From Camelus dromedarius (Eukaryota), in NCBI RefSeq assembly GCF_036321535.1, contig NC_087444.1, positions 77,686,001-77,750,000 on the forward strand: DNA of 64,000 nt, read 5' to 3'. Below the pieces are notes generated by a model, which worked only from the letters and a program-made list of their open reading frames with translations, did not search any database and was not told where the DNA came from. Below, in pieces: positions 48,880 to 61,400 of the stretch (position 1 is the first letter of the stretch; every line of letters begins with the position of its first letter). The translations under genes and the position numbers were made by a program.

Positions 48880-50430
48880 TCAGGTGGACTTGAGCCTGGG
48901 GCCCTGGAAGACCGACAGGGTGATGAGCATCTGGGCGGCATAGTAGGTGGTCATGATCACCAGGCGGGCATGGGGCAGGGGCTGGGCAAAGGTGTTCCAA
49001 GCCAGCACAGCATCCGAAAGCATGAAGAGCAGGGCACCCCAGCTGGCACTCCCGCCCCTGGCCAGGCCACGCCACAGCATGGCGGCCAGGACTAGGGAGT
49101 AAGCCATCAGGGGCAGGACCATGTTGGGTGGGAGGTGCCAAAGCAGGAGGCAGTAACACAGGATGCAAGCCAGGACGATACGCAGCAGGAGGCCGGGCTG
49201 CAGGGGAGTGAGGCCGAAGGCCCAGAGGTAGAGCAGGTGGGCCAAGGTGAAGGCAGCCACGCCTGGAGGAGACGGGTGGGAGCACCCAGTAAGGTGCTGG
49301 GTCCTCCGCTTCCCCACACCACCCTACTGCCCTCAGAGCTTGACAGAAAGGGCATCCTACACACCAGTTCCCGCCCTGGCCACGCTGGCCACGCTGCTGG
49401 GATGACGGTGCCAGCCTCCTTGGCGGTCCCCCTGCTTCCTGCCCTTGGCTTCAGAACAACTTTGCAGTGCAACCTGCATCCTGTCCTTACTCTGCTCAGG
49501 AGTGTCCACCAACTCACATCAGCTCCACCCACCAAGCACACTCCCAGCCCAAGGCCTTTGCACTTGCTGGTCACTCTGCCTGGAAGGTTCTTCCCTGGAA
49601 CGAAGGGCACATGGCTTTGACCAGCCTACTTGAGACCGCGACCCTGACCCCTGGACGCCCTCTGCGTTCTCCCTCCACGGCACTCACACTGCCCCTGCCC
49701 TCAGTGGAAGGAGAGCTCCATGGGGGCTGGGGTTTGGGTGCGTCTCCCTCACTGCTGTTCCCCAGTGCCTTTGCTCACACACTCGGCAGGTGCTCTACTA
49801 GGGAGCCACCCCTCACCCCCCAGCCTGGGGTCTGAAAAGGACAACACGACACAGCCCCAACACACCCCCACTCACCGTGGAGGAAGCCCTCAGGCCAGAT
49901 GAGGCAGGCGTCCCCCACGGCTGAGCACAGAAGGGCCCCCTGCAGGAGAAAGTGGTGGCCCCCGCCGGAGGGTACAGTCCACAGGAACACCACCAGGGAA
50001 AGGATGGGCATGCACTTGACCAGGGCGCCGACCCAGGATGGCTGGTCCTCAGGGATCCAGAGGAGGAAGTACACGGCACAGGTGAGGAAGAAGGGGCTCA
50101 GCCACCTGACCACATGAGGCTGCTCCGGGGGACGAGGGGGCCGCTGAGCCTCCGGAGCTCAGCCCAGCCCCCAGCCCCCGGGACCAGGCCCCACCCAACC
50201 AGGAGTTGAGCTTCCACCCTAGCCCCATTCAGGGACCCAGACTGCTGTCCGGGGTAGGGAGCAGCTGCACAGGCACCAGGACGTCTGCCTCACAGAACCC
50301 AGTCCCCCTCTTCCTCCAGGTCACCTGGATTCCTGGAGCCCAGGCCCAGCCCACCCTCAACCCCCTCGATGGCTCTCACTTGAGCTGAGAAGCAAGGTTT
50401 TCGGGGCGGCCCCTCTTTCCGGGCATCCAT
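48880..50430 (-). CDS. TMEM86B: Lysoplasmalogenase TMEM86B (YhhN family), 3 exons, 225 aa
   Basis: Exons 50380-50430, 49876-50119 and 48880-49262 total 678 nt. Protein: [28 protein letters not shown]...LVKCMPIL...[10 protein letters not shown]...AHLLY...[17 protein letters not shown]...IMTTYYAAQ. The family Asp residues in GD and SD are retained. Confidence 0.96.
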
Positions 50431-50498
50431 GTTGGCCTAGACCTAGAGTGGCCTGCATGTGGGCACCAGGGCTTTCGGGGTAGAGGGGACAGCATGTG

Positions 50499-50511
50499 GT
50501 TACACATTAAC
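50499..50511 (-). promoter_or_regulatory. TMEM86B: HNF1-like site in the TMEM86B proximal promoter
   Basis: The minus strand reads GTTAATGTGTAAC against the consensus GTTAATNATTAAC (2 mismatches), about 70 nt upstream of the ATG. Confidence 0.55.
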
Positions 50512-51441
50512 CAGAGTTGTGTCCTGTGGACTCTGAGACTGGTAACAGGGCCCAGGGAGATGCTGTCCCCACCCTGGGGATGGCCCTGCCTGGCACCTGC
50601 TGATAAGGAGCCCACTGGGACCCAGGGGTCTTTCCTCCTTCACAGCCTGGTTTCCCCCGGCTTCCTCCCTGCCTGGGGGGCCATGGCCGCAAATGCCCCT
50701 CCCATTGTCCTTTACCTGGTTGGTCAAAAGGGAAAGGGGTGCAGGATTCCAGTGTCCTCCCCTTCATGAGCAAGGGGGAGAGGGGAGGGGAGGACCACCC
50801 CTCCAGAACCAAGAGACAGGTTGGAGACTCTCCGCACCTCGCTGTGCCCCAGCCTGGCCTTCCCTCGGGAGCCCGTACCACCCTGCACCCGCCTCAGTGC
50901 CTCCACCACCAATGCTCACTGAACAAACAGGAGCTGGACAAGGAGGTTGTCGTCCATGCCCGCCCCCGGCTCCGGGGAAGGCTCCCAGGCACATCCAGCC
51001 AGGTGTGTTCTTTACCTTCCCCTTGGAAGGCACAGAACACTGGGCACCCGCCTGTCTGACTCATTGGCTGCCCCAGCCACCACTGTTCCACCAAGGAGAA
51101 AGGGGTCAGGGGACGTGGCTTCTGCAGCATGGCCGGGGAGGTTGGGGGGGTGAGAAAGGGGACCGGTTGGAAGCTCACTCGCCAAATCCCAGGTCCCGCG
51201 TGTGTGGACATGGGTGGGCTTGCCAGAACCAGTCTCGCATGAGGCTGCGTAGTGCTTAGCTCCTCCTCCAGGAAACCCTTCCAGGTGTGAGCAGAAGTTA
51301 CCCCTCCAGCAGTGCAGAGGCTGAAGGCCCTAATTCCACGCTCCGAAGGTCCCAATCCAGTGGTGCAGGAGTATCTCGGGTTCCTTGAACCCACATCCCA
51401 GGGCCCAAGGTCTGAGCAACAGGAGTCTTAAACTGTCTTCT

Positions 51442-51447
51442 TTTATT
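51442..51447 (-). terminator. PPP6R1: PPP6R1 distal polyadenylation signal AATAAA
   Basis: tttatt on + strand at the end of the 3' UTR, about 970 nt after the stop. Confidence 0.75.
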
Positions 51448-52094
51448 TGTTTATATTTGCAATATGAAACAGAAGCTCGGCACGAACACACACACACTCA
51501 CGTCAGCCTGGGGAGAGGGAGCTGGGACAAGGTCACTTGGCAGCTGGGCTGGACCCCAGACCCTAAGGAGTAGGAGGGGGACCCCAGCCAGACCCTCGCC
51601 GAAGCCCCGCCCCAGGGACTATAGGAGATGGGGGGTGGGGCTCGGCAACTGCATCAGGGCCCTGTGGGAATGTCACCGGGGAGGCCCCTGGGACCAGGGC
51701 CCCGGGGTCCCACAGAGCTGGCTGGGCCGGGTGGAGGGTCTTTTAGCTCCCAGCCTGGGTCAAAGTGCAGGGTCCAGGGTGAGAGGGTTTGGGCAAAGGC
51801 ACGACCCCCACTCGGGCCCTCCCCCAAGGTGGACCTGAGCTGAAAGGCCGAGTGTGGGTGTGGGCGTCTGCACCCGAGAGTGGGGGGCACGGCAGGAGGG
51901 GAGGGTGGTGGCAACCTCAGGACCCCCACCACAGCAGTCCCAGTGGGACAGGGTGCAGGTCCAAGCTGCCTCCCGCCCAGCCCTGCTTCTTCTGGCTCTC
52001 TGGCCACCCACTCTCTCCTCCCTCAATATATATATATATAATATATAATATAGGTCTCTTTCTCCTTCAACTCTCCTCTCTATTCGATTCTATC

Positions 52095-52100
52095 TTTATT
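52095..52100 (-). terminator. PPP6R1: Possible PPP6R1 proximal polyadenylation signal AATAAA
   Basis: tttatt on + strand in an AT-rich island of the otherwise GC-rich UTR, next to a (TA)n tract at about 52026-52051. Confidence 0.45.
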
Positions 52101-52417
52101 CTAGGAGACAATACTCCGAAATTTCTTTTCTCAGTGCAAATGGGGGTGGATCGGGGCCTGTCTCCCTGGCACCAGCCTCCCGGGAGTCCAGAGAGGGCAT
52201 AGAGTGGGTGGGGTGGGGATGGGGTGATGGGGCATCAGGGCCATCATGGGATCTGCCCTGCCCCCACCCGGGCAGGGTCCACGTGGAGTATGGAGGATTT
52301 GGCCGCCACCACTGGAACCAGGCAGTTACCTGGGAACCAAGAGGGAGACCTGTGTGAGGAGCCCAATGCCCCGGCCCACCCAGGCCCAGCCCACCCGCAG
52401 CCCCCAGCCCCCACCAC

Positions 52418-55400
52418 TCACTGGGAGCCCGGGGACGCCGGCCCTCCTGGGGCAGAGCCGTTGGGCATCAAGAGCGGCTCGAGGTCCAGGGCACTGCTGG
52501 GGGAGAGGGACACGGGAAGAGTCAGTGCCTCCCCCAATGAACACCAGCTGCCCCGCGGCATTGCACCACACTCACCTCTGGCTTCGGGGGAGCCCCAAAG
52601 GCTCTGGGCTCTTCTCCCCACCTGTGGTCTGGGGGGACTGGTGGGCCCCGGAGGCTGGGACAGAGGTAGCAGGGTCTCTGGTTGCACTGTGGAGGCATCT
52701 GAAGGTTACCTACTGTCCCCGACACCCTGCAGTCACCCTTAGGCCCAGGTGTGTAAGCCAGGGAAGGACTGCACAGCTCGAGGGCATCTCTCATATTCAG
52801 AGAACCCTGTGTCAAGGTCAGCTGGGACACACACAGACTCCACACATGCCCTGCCCTCTTCTGACCCTGCTGGAAGCCCTCCCACCCACGATCCTCTCTG
52901 GTGACCAGTGTGAGCACAGGCGCAGCCCTAGACCTCCAGCTGCCTTGAGGCTCTGGGGCAGTGGCACAGAAGAGGGGTGGGGCGTCCTGCAGGAGCCACG
53001 TGGAGTGGCCCTGAGACAGGGAGGACCCAGGGGCCAGGCTCTACCCACCTCCCCTACTTGGCCCCCGGCAGCTACTCCCAGCCAGTTACCTGTCCAAGGA
53101 GCTGGGGACGGAGTGTGTCCCTCTGAGGGTAGCCTGGAGGTCCCCGACACTGATCAAGGCCTGGCAAGGGGCTGTGCAGAGAAGAAGGGCCCAGAGACGT
53201 GAGACTCAGTGAGCTTCAGGCCAGCCATGCTCCTCAGGACAGGTATGCACCAGGCCAGGGCACAAGGGCGGGGGGGGCGGGGGGGCTCACCCAAGGGCTC
53301 TGCTACTTTGCTGCCGTCTGTGGCTTCCTGAGGTGCTGGGGGAGGGGCGGGGTCCTGAGACCTAGCAGGTAAGAACAGGAGCCCGAGGGCGGATGGGATT
53401 GGCACTGGAGCCTAAGGCAACGAGGACCCAGGAGCCCACCTTCCTCGCCAGCCTCACCTGAGCTGCAGGGCACTGGGGGCCACAGGGCCAGCTGGGCTCG
53501 AGGCAGGGAGGTCCAGGGGCATGCCGTGGGCGCCCTGTGGGGCGGGGGGCCCAGAATGCGGCTCCTTCTCCCTGCAGTTTTGGGGGCCGGTCGGGGCATC
53601 CATAGGCACTGGGTCAAATGTGGCTGTCCAACCGGGACCTGGCAGGGGAGAGCAGGGAGGGGTGAGCACAGCAGGCAGGCAGCCTGTGTGCACCCAACCA
53701 CGCCCCACCCTGCATATTCACCCACCCGGAGGCTGGGGGCAAGGGCTGGGGTAGGAGGGGGGCCCGGCCCCACCACGAGCCGCCCGGCCATCACCATCCT
53801 CGTCCTCCTCCTCGTCGTCGTCCTCTTCCTCCTCACTGTCTGTGCTGCCTCTGCTCCTGCCCCAGGAACTGCCGGTCAGTCAGCCAGCCACTGTGCTGGG
53901 CAGGGGGAATGCTCCCATCCCATCCTCCTGAACCCCCAGGGCTGGCCTCAAGCAAAGGTCTTGAGGGAATCAAAGGGGTGGAAGGGAGGGAGCAGTGGAG
54001 AGGCCACGGGACTGTGCCCCGGGTGTGCGAAGATGCCTAGAGAGTCCCACTCCCAATACGGGAAGGCAGGTGGGAACCCGAGCACCCTCGGGGGAGAGCG
54101 AGGCCACCAGCACAAGGGCGGAGAGGCCCACGCAGCCCTCAGCAGGAGCGGCCGGCCCTCTCAGGGAAGGCTGACTCTGCGCTCCTCCTCCACGACAGAC
54201 TCGGGTGGACTTTCATCACCGCCGTGTCTTCGGCTGAAAGCAATGTCCTGCAGCACAGCTGCTCCAAACAGAACGGCCGAGTGCTGGTGACTCGAGACAA
54301 TGGAGAAGGTCTGGCCAGCCTATGCATCCAACAGGGAACCGCTAAGCAAACTTGGAGGTTCCCAAGATGCTGAATGCACGCTGTGGCTCCACAGTCCCCA
54401 GCAGCCAGGACCAGAAGCGGCTCGTCTGCACACAGTGAAAGCGAGCTAGACACTCAGCAGACGGGGCGGAGGGAGATTCCCGAGCCTGGAAACCTGGGAG
54501 GGTATCTCCAGAACCTGCCAGCCATGCCACACTCAACGGGGGAGACCTGATGTCCCCCAGATCAGGAACATAACTCAGGGGCCTGCTCCTCCCGCTTGGA
54601 CAGGAGAAAGCAAAACTATCTCTAATTGTAGAAAGTGTGATTTTGTACACAGAAACCTAATGAATCCTCTAAAACTGTTAGAACAAGCAAATTTTGCAAG
54701 GATGCAGGAAACAAGATCAACATACAAAAGGCTACTGTATTTTTATACACTTGAGACAATTTCAAAACGACTTTGACAGGACAATTTCACTCAGAATTGC
54801 ATCAGAAAGAACAAAACGCTTAGGAATAAACTTAACAAAAGCAGCAGAAAACTTACACTCTGAAAACCACAAAACACCATTAAAAGTAATAAAGACCTAA
54901 ATAAACGGAAACACATCCTCTATTTAGCAACTGGGAGGTGAAATATTGTTAAAATGGCAACACTCCGCGAACAGACCTATAGATTCAAGGCAATCCCTCT
55001 CAGAATCCCAGCTGGTGTCTTCACTGAAGGACAAACTCATTCTAAAATTCACCCTGAATCTCAAAGGACCCCAAATGATCAATACGACTTGCAAAAGAAC
55101 AAAGCTGGGGACGCTCACACTTCCAATTTCAGAACTCACTACAACCTAACAGTAATCAAGACAGGGTAGCCCCGCCATGGACAGACACACAATAAACCTT
55201 TGCACCTACAGTCAAAAGATTTTTGACAAAGGTTCCAGGACCATGCAGTGGGGAGTCTTCACCAGGTGATGCTGGGACACTGGCATTCCTGCACACAAAC
55301 AAATGAGGCTGGCCCCCTACCTCACACCACATACAAGGAACCAGCCCAAGGTGGATCAAACACCGAAATGTTAAGAGCTGACGCTACAAAACTCTCAGAA

Positions 55401-58400
55401 GGAAACACGGATGAATCAGGACCTTTGACTTCTCAATGACACACTTAAGTGCAAACCAACTTGGCAGTCACACAGTGACACACCCAGCAGATGACAATGA
55501 CAAACCACCACACCTACCAGAGGTATGGGCATCACACACAGAACAAAAAAAGGCAAAATCTACAGGGCAAGAGATCAGGACTGTGTTCCTCTTAGAAACG
55601 CCAGAGGCCAGGAAGGGCATCCGGGTACAGGGATGGTTCCACTCCCTTCTCTGGACGTCAGCAAAGGGGTGTCCACGTGGCCGGACACTTAGGATCCGTG
55701 TACTTGTCTGTATGCTGGTCACACATCAATTAAGATCACTCTAATCCTCAGGTCAGAAGCCACGGGGGTCAAGCTGCAGGCCCTGAGTCGGTATTCACAC
55801 TGGCAAGTCTTTGCTGCCTGAGTGCATTTAGTGACTCTGGGGCCAGCCAGTACGAGTTAAAAATAAAGTACTGATTACTGACCCGCAAGCTGGGACTGAG
55901 GGAGGGACGACCATCCTCTCTCACTTCACCGGAATGAGGGGGAAGAGAGCTGACAGGACACCTCACCACCCTTTTTGGAACACCTAGGTGAGAGCTACCG
56001 CAGGGGAGAGCAGAGTGGAGGGAAGGGTTGGGGGGGTGGAGATACTGGTTCCAAGCACACTTGGACCAAGCTGTACCTGAAGGACCTGCCTATAGTTGCA
56101 GCCACACACAAGCCATTAGCCTATTCCTTTCGTAGCTGAACTCAATCTGGGTTGGGTTTCTATCACTCCAAACTGAAAGCATCCCAACTAACACACACAA
56201 CACTCTAATTCCCCCTGGCTGGTGAAGACCACTTCCCATGGGCCCTGCAGCCTTGCTGTGCCAGGCTTGGGGTTCTGGAGAGGACTCACCGCACGCCTGG
56301 GGGCTGGCCCAGGCGGGCCCCCCTGGCCAGCTGGCTGCCCTGCCAGGTGCCATCCTCCCCGTCGGACTCCCCAGAGCCCTGGCCTTCCTCCTCGTCCTCC
56401 TCGTCCTCGTCGTCATCAAACTGCTGGATCCGGTCCTTGTAGCATATCTCCAGGAGGTTGGCGTTGGGCTGCGGGCAGGGGCAGGAGGGTGAGGCGCTGA
56501 CCGCCCGCAGCCCCTGCCAGCATCCAGGGTCGGGGAGGCACTCACGTTGTCGTCGTCGGCATTGAGGGAGAAGGTGATGTTGGCTGTCTTGTCAAAAGGC
56601 GCGCTGCGGGAGAAGCACGGGGCAGTGAGGGGCCGCCGCCGCCCTCCCCTCGCTGGATGCCACCCGCTCGGCCCTGTGCCTGCGAGTACATCTCCTCGAT
56701 AAAACCGATCTGCAACCCCAATCAGCCCTTGCAGCTCGCTCCGCGGCATGCATGCGTGCAGAGTGGAGAGCAGCGAGTTGCCTGACCTGCACGGCCCCAG
56801 CCGCGCGAGGTTCCACACAAAGGCCCCTGAATCTGTTTTCTCCGCTGTAAAATAAAGGACACAGAACCCAGATGGATGAGTTGTTTTTAGGGTCTGAGAT
56901 CATAACCTGGGCGGGATATTTATTTACAGGCACACACTTCCTCCCGGGTGACAGCTCAGTGTTCACAGTGACTTTACTGGACACAGCCTGACACAGGTCA
57001 CACCAAAGCACACCCCTGGCCCCAAGAGGGTCAGTCTGGAGCTGAAATAAAACCGCTCCTGTGTGGACCCTAGGACGCAAGGGTGGTAGAAGCACCGTCT
57101 CCTCATCTCTAACCTCAGGCCTTTCAGTGTCAGCATCCGCCTCCACCACTCAATTCTTTCAGAAAGCCTCACAGAAGTGGAATTAAATCCACGCATGTTA
57201 AATATTGACACAAATTGTGGAAAGAGATCTGTCAATTCAAACTCCCACCCACAGAGGATGCAACGTTAACAGCCTCCTACTCGTTTTGTATGCAACTTCA
57301 CCCCGTTTCTCCTGGGGCATCCTCCTCCTCCTGTTCTGTGGAAAGAGCACCTGGCGGCCCGGGCCCGCCTCGGGACTATCCCAGGCTATCACTTGTCTCG
57401 CCGACTCCGGAAGTTGGTTAACAATTCCCGAGTGCTGACTCGTCAAAGCCATGGTCCAAGCACGAGCCGGACGCACGCCCACCAGAAAGGCAGGCACTCT
57501 TGCCCCTGTCACGGGAGAGGGGGCAGCCCGCGGGCACAGCGGGCCGGGCAGAGCAGGCAGCCTTGGTAGCACCTTCAGCCCTGAGATTATGAAGACGTTC
57601 ACCCACTTTGCCCTCTAGAAGGCTTCAAGTGTGTAGCTCGGATTTTTTTTTTCACATTTAACGTTTTCAACCTCACTGGAATTTATCCTGACAGAAGAGG
57701 TAACACAGTTTCATCCCCAAAGGGCAGCCAGCCACACCAAGGCCATGCACTAAGTGTCTCTGTCCCCCCAGGACAGGGGGCGTCTTCTCCAGCGCCCCTA
57801 CCGCCGCACACCGTGCCAGGCAGAGCAACAGCAGACGCTGCATCCTCAGCTCTTCATCCCAGGGGTCCTCGGTCTGACTGTGGCTACCACAGACCACAGC
57901 TGACCCTCTCACAGTGACCAGTGAGTGCCCTGGGCTGTGTGACAGTGCTGAGACTCTGTCTCCCTAGCTATAGATGGGTTCCTGAGCCCCAAGTGGGTGG
58001 TCACAGCATGTAACTGGGTAACACCCAGAGGTACCTGTGACCAAACTGACAACATGGACAAGGCCAGCTGCCTGGCCCCCACGAGTAGCCCGAGGGGCCC
58101 ACCGGGCCTTTCTCTGTCACCACCCAACTCAGGACTGCCTCCACAGCATGCCCTCTGGTGGCTGTTCCACTTTCCCTCAGGTGTCACAGACTCACCCTCA
58201 CAGTAACATACCCTCCTCCGCTCTGACAGCACTGGCTGTGCCACTCACAGAGCATGCCCAGGGCCCAACACGCGTCCACGGGCTGCTCTGCTCCCACCCT
58301 GCCCAGGGCTTCCCACAGACTCACACACCACCAGCCCTGCCTGTTGCTGCCACAAGGCTGCTCGTGAAACTTATAAAACACTAAAAATTATAGTTTCCTC

Positions 58401-61400
58401 AGATGTCTGCGGCAGAAAATTCAGACAATAAAAACAGTTCATGACAGCAACGTCAGAGATAATCAGTATCAAAGCTTTGTACAATACATAATCAGGATTG
58501 GTCACTGGATAAAAACACCCCACCCATCACCCTAAGGCGTCTGGAGGGGAGGGGCAGACCCGCTGTGACTGGGGGCTGTGGCTCTGTGCAGCCCCTGTCC
58601 GCACAGCTGCCCCGTGCCCTACACACCTCCCCACAGCCCACTCCTCAAGAAGCCAGGCAGTTGAGACGAGGCCCGAGGCTGGGCAGCAGGGAGCACGCAC
58701 AAAGGACAGCAGGGGAGCGCATCACAGGGAGCCTCCCGCCCTCCGCCCCCTCCCCGCCAGCCCCGCCTGTCACTGGCCTTGCACATGGAGGGAGCACACT
58801 CACTTCACGCTCTCCTCCTGCTCCCCAAACTCCTCATCGTTGAAGCCAAAGTGGTCGATGAAGGCTGAGGTCATGCGCTGCATCTGGAAGTCCATGAAAG
58901 CCTGCGGGGGGTGGGGGCGCATCAGGGCCAGGGCGAGGGGGAGGGGGCAGAGCAGGGCCGGGGGGAGGGGGAGCAGAGCAGGGCTGGCCCGGCCCCCCAC
59001 CTGCTGCAGCACCGCCTCCTCCGGGAAGCTGAACTCCTTGAGCCTGTCATCCTCATCGTCGCTGGAGGAGTGCAAGTGGTGCGTGTTCACCTGGGACAGA
59101 GGGCGGGCAGGGGGTCAGCGACTCGGGTGGCCGCGCTGGGCCAAGAAGACAATCAGCGAGGGCTGTAGTGGGTGAGCGCAGGCGCAGTGGGCTCACCAGA
59201 TCCACCATGTTCTTCTTGTTGGTCTCCGCCAGGGGTCCGGACACGAAGGCCTCCCACCGCTCCTGCTGCTCTGCTGGCAGCTCTGCTCAGTGGGAAGGGG
59301 CAGCCGTGAGGACGAGAGGCCCTGGCCCCCACCTGCCCCTGCCCCACCCCAGCCCCACCCCAGCCCCAGTCCTCACCCTTCAGCAGCTGCCCCAGCTGCT
59401 CGGCGTTGGGCCCCTTCTCCAAGTTCTGCACCAGGGCGTTGGCCACTCTCGTCAGGTGGCCCATGTAGCCTTTCCGAGGGCCCCCGGCGGACCTGGCAAG
59501 AGGGAGGCCACAGCTGGACACAGGCCCACCGCGCCCGCCCCGCCCCCTGGGAAAGCTGGGACACTCACTGCACGCGGTCGTTCTCCTCCCAGGATGTCAG
59601 GATGCGCTCCACCAGGCAGCAACGCTGCAGCAGCTGTGGGGGAGCAGTGAGGGTGCGGGTGGGCCAGGCTGCACCCCGCCCCCCGGCTCTGCACCCCAGC
59701 CTCTCCCCTGCGAGAAGTGCACAGCACGCATGTGCACAAGTCTCCTCCTCTGCTCACCCAGAAACCCACTCAGTCTAGACAGCAAATCCCAGAGTTACTC
59801 TGCCTGCCTCCCACTCCTGCTTGTCCAAACACAATACGCCACAGTGGACAGGAGCCGAGAGGCCCTGGACTACATCCAAGGAGGCACTCCCCATATCACA
59901 GTGGCCATCACCCTGGGAGCGTCCTTCCCGGTCTCCCAAGACACCTGCTGCCTCATGAAGTCACCACGTCCACTCACCTCCCGCACGTCACCCTCTATTT
60001 TCCTAGGACCCAAGGATAAGGCTCACCCCCAGCCCCCAGCACATGAATGGCCTGGCTGCACAACAGGCGAGGGGCAGACCTGGGGCAGAGCCCACCCCTG
60101 GGGATTGAGGGGGGACCCGGGAGCCCCAGCTCACATGTTTCACAACAGGGTTCTGAGCAGGTGTGTCAGAGCTGCTGTCAGAAGGAGGCCCGGAGCTCAG
60201 CATCGTACTCACACACACCTCCACTTGGGCATGCAAGAAGTTGTTGAACACGTAGTGGAAGAAGAGGTCCTGGGATGAGGGGCACAGGCTGGTTCTGAGT
60301 GGCCCCTGCCTCTAATCCCCTCCCCCAGCTCGGAGCCTCCTCCACCCCCGGCCCCTCCAGTACCAGCATGGTGTTGGGCACGTCCAGTGCCAGGAGCTCC
60401 TGGGTCAAAGCTGCGTCATTAGCGCTCAGGGCGCTGGCCAGCAGCTTGACCACATGTAGCCGCATGTTGCCCAGTGGCGGGGCCAGGCTGCCCCACGTCG
60501 TGCGCAGCGGCTCAAGCTGCAGGAGTAGAGGTGGCTCAGTTCCTGCCCCAGTGCTGCCCGAACCAAGCGGCCGCCCTTCCTGCCACCCTTCCCCTGCCCA
60601 CCTGGCCCACCTTGGGTGGCTCCAGCAGGAGCTGGTGGAAGTGGCCAAGCCGCGGGCGCAGGGCATGCAGGGTTCCCACACTGGACGAGGCGCTGTCCAG
60701 GGTTGCCTGGGCCAGGAGCTCCAGCTGCCCGTCCACACTGCTGAAGAAGTTGTTCATGGTCACGGACTCGGACCTGCAGCAGGGACAGTGGAGGGCAGAG
60801 TGAACTGCCCAGATGGCCTGTGCACGTGCATGTGCACACGTGCGAATGTATGGAGCACGCCTGGGAGGTAATGAGAAGCTGCTCCCCTTGGGAGCCCAGA
60901 TCCCAAAGGCCAGCTTGAAGCTACAGGCAGTCTACTCAGTCTGTTTCCTCTACTGTCAGACGGGAATGAAGGACTCCACTCTGGGACCCTAGCGACCACC
61001 AGGAAGGGGACACCACTCATGGAGGCTGTGTCCCTGCAACCCTCAACCCTTGAGCAGGATGGCGGGGCTCCGAGGGGTCGCAGAGCTCACCTGGGCCTCC
61101 TGGGCTCCAGCAGCGTCAGCAGCACCTGGATTCCGCTCACGATGACGGACTGGCTCTGCTCCCCCTCCAGCATGTTGCTCAGGAGCTGCTCAATCGTCTC
61201 CTGCCTAGGGCAGGGGCAGGCAGACATCAGGGAGAAAGGCCCCCAGGACTGTTCCCCGCCCCACCCCTGGGCACCACCCGCAGACCCACTTCTCCAGGGT
61301 GGCCAATAGCTGGTCAGGCTCCAGGCTGTCCTGTGCTTGGATCATCTGCTCCCGGCTCAGGCGGATAATGTCGCACAGGGACTGGGATGCATTGGAATGT

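Noticed and set aside
52576-52621. Shorter PPP6R1 exon using the CAG at 52622-52624
   Set aside because: The upstream exon ends in phase 2 and needs the acceptor at 52687/52688. The full 52576-52686 exon preserves frame and homology.
52246-53202. 318-aa + strand ORF (also 53526-54290, 254 aa)
   Set aside because: Antisense to PPP6R1 exons and introns in very GC-rich DNA, with low-complexity Pro/Gly/Arg translation and no recognisable domain. Long stop-free frames are expected by chance here.
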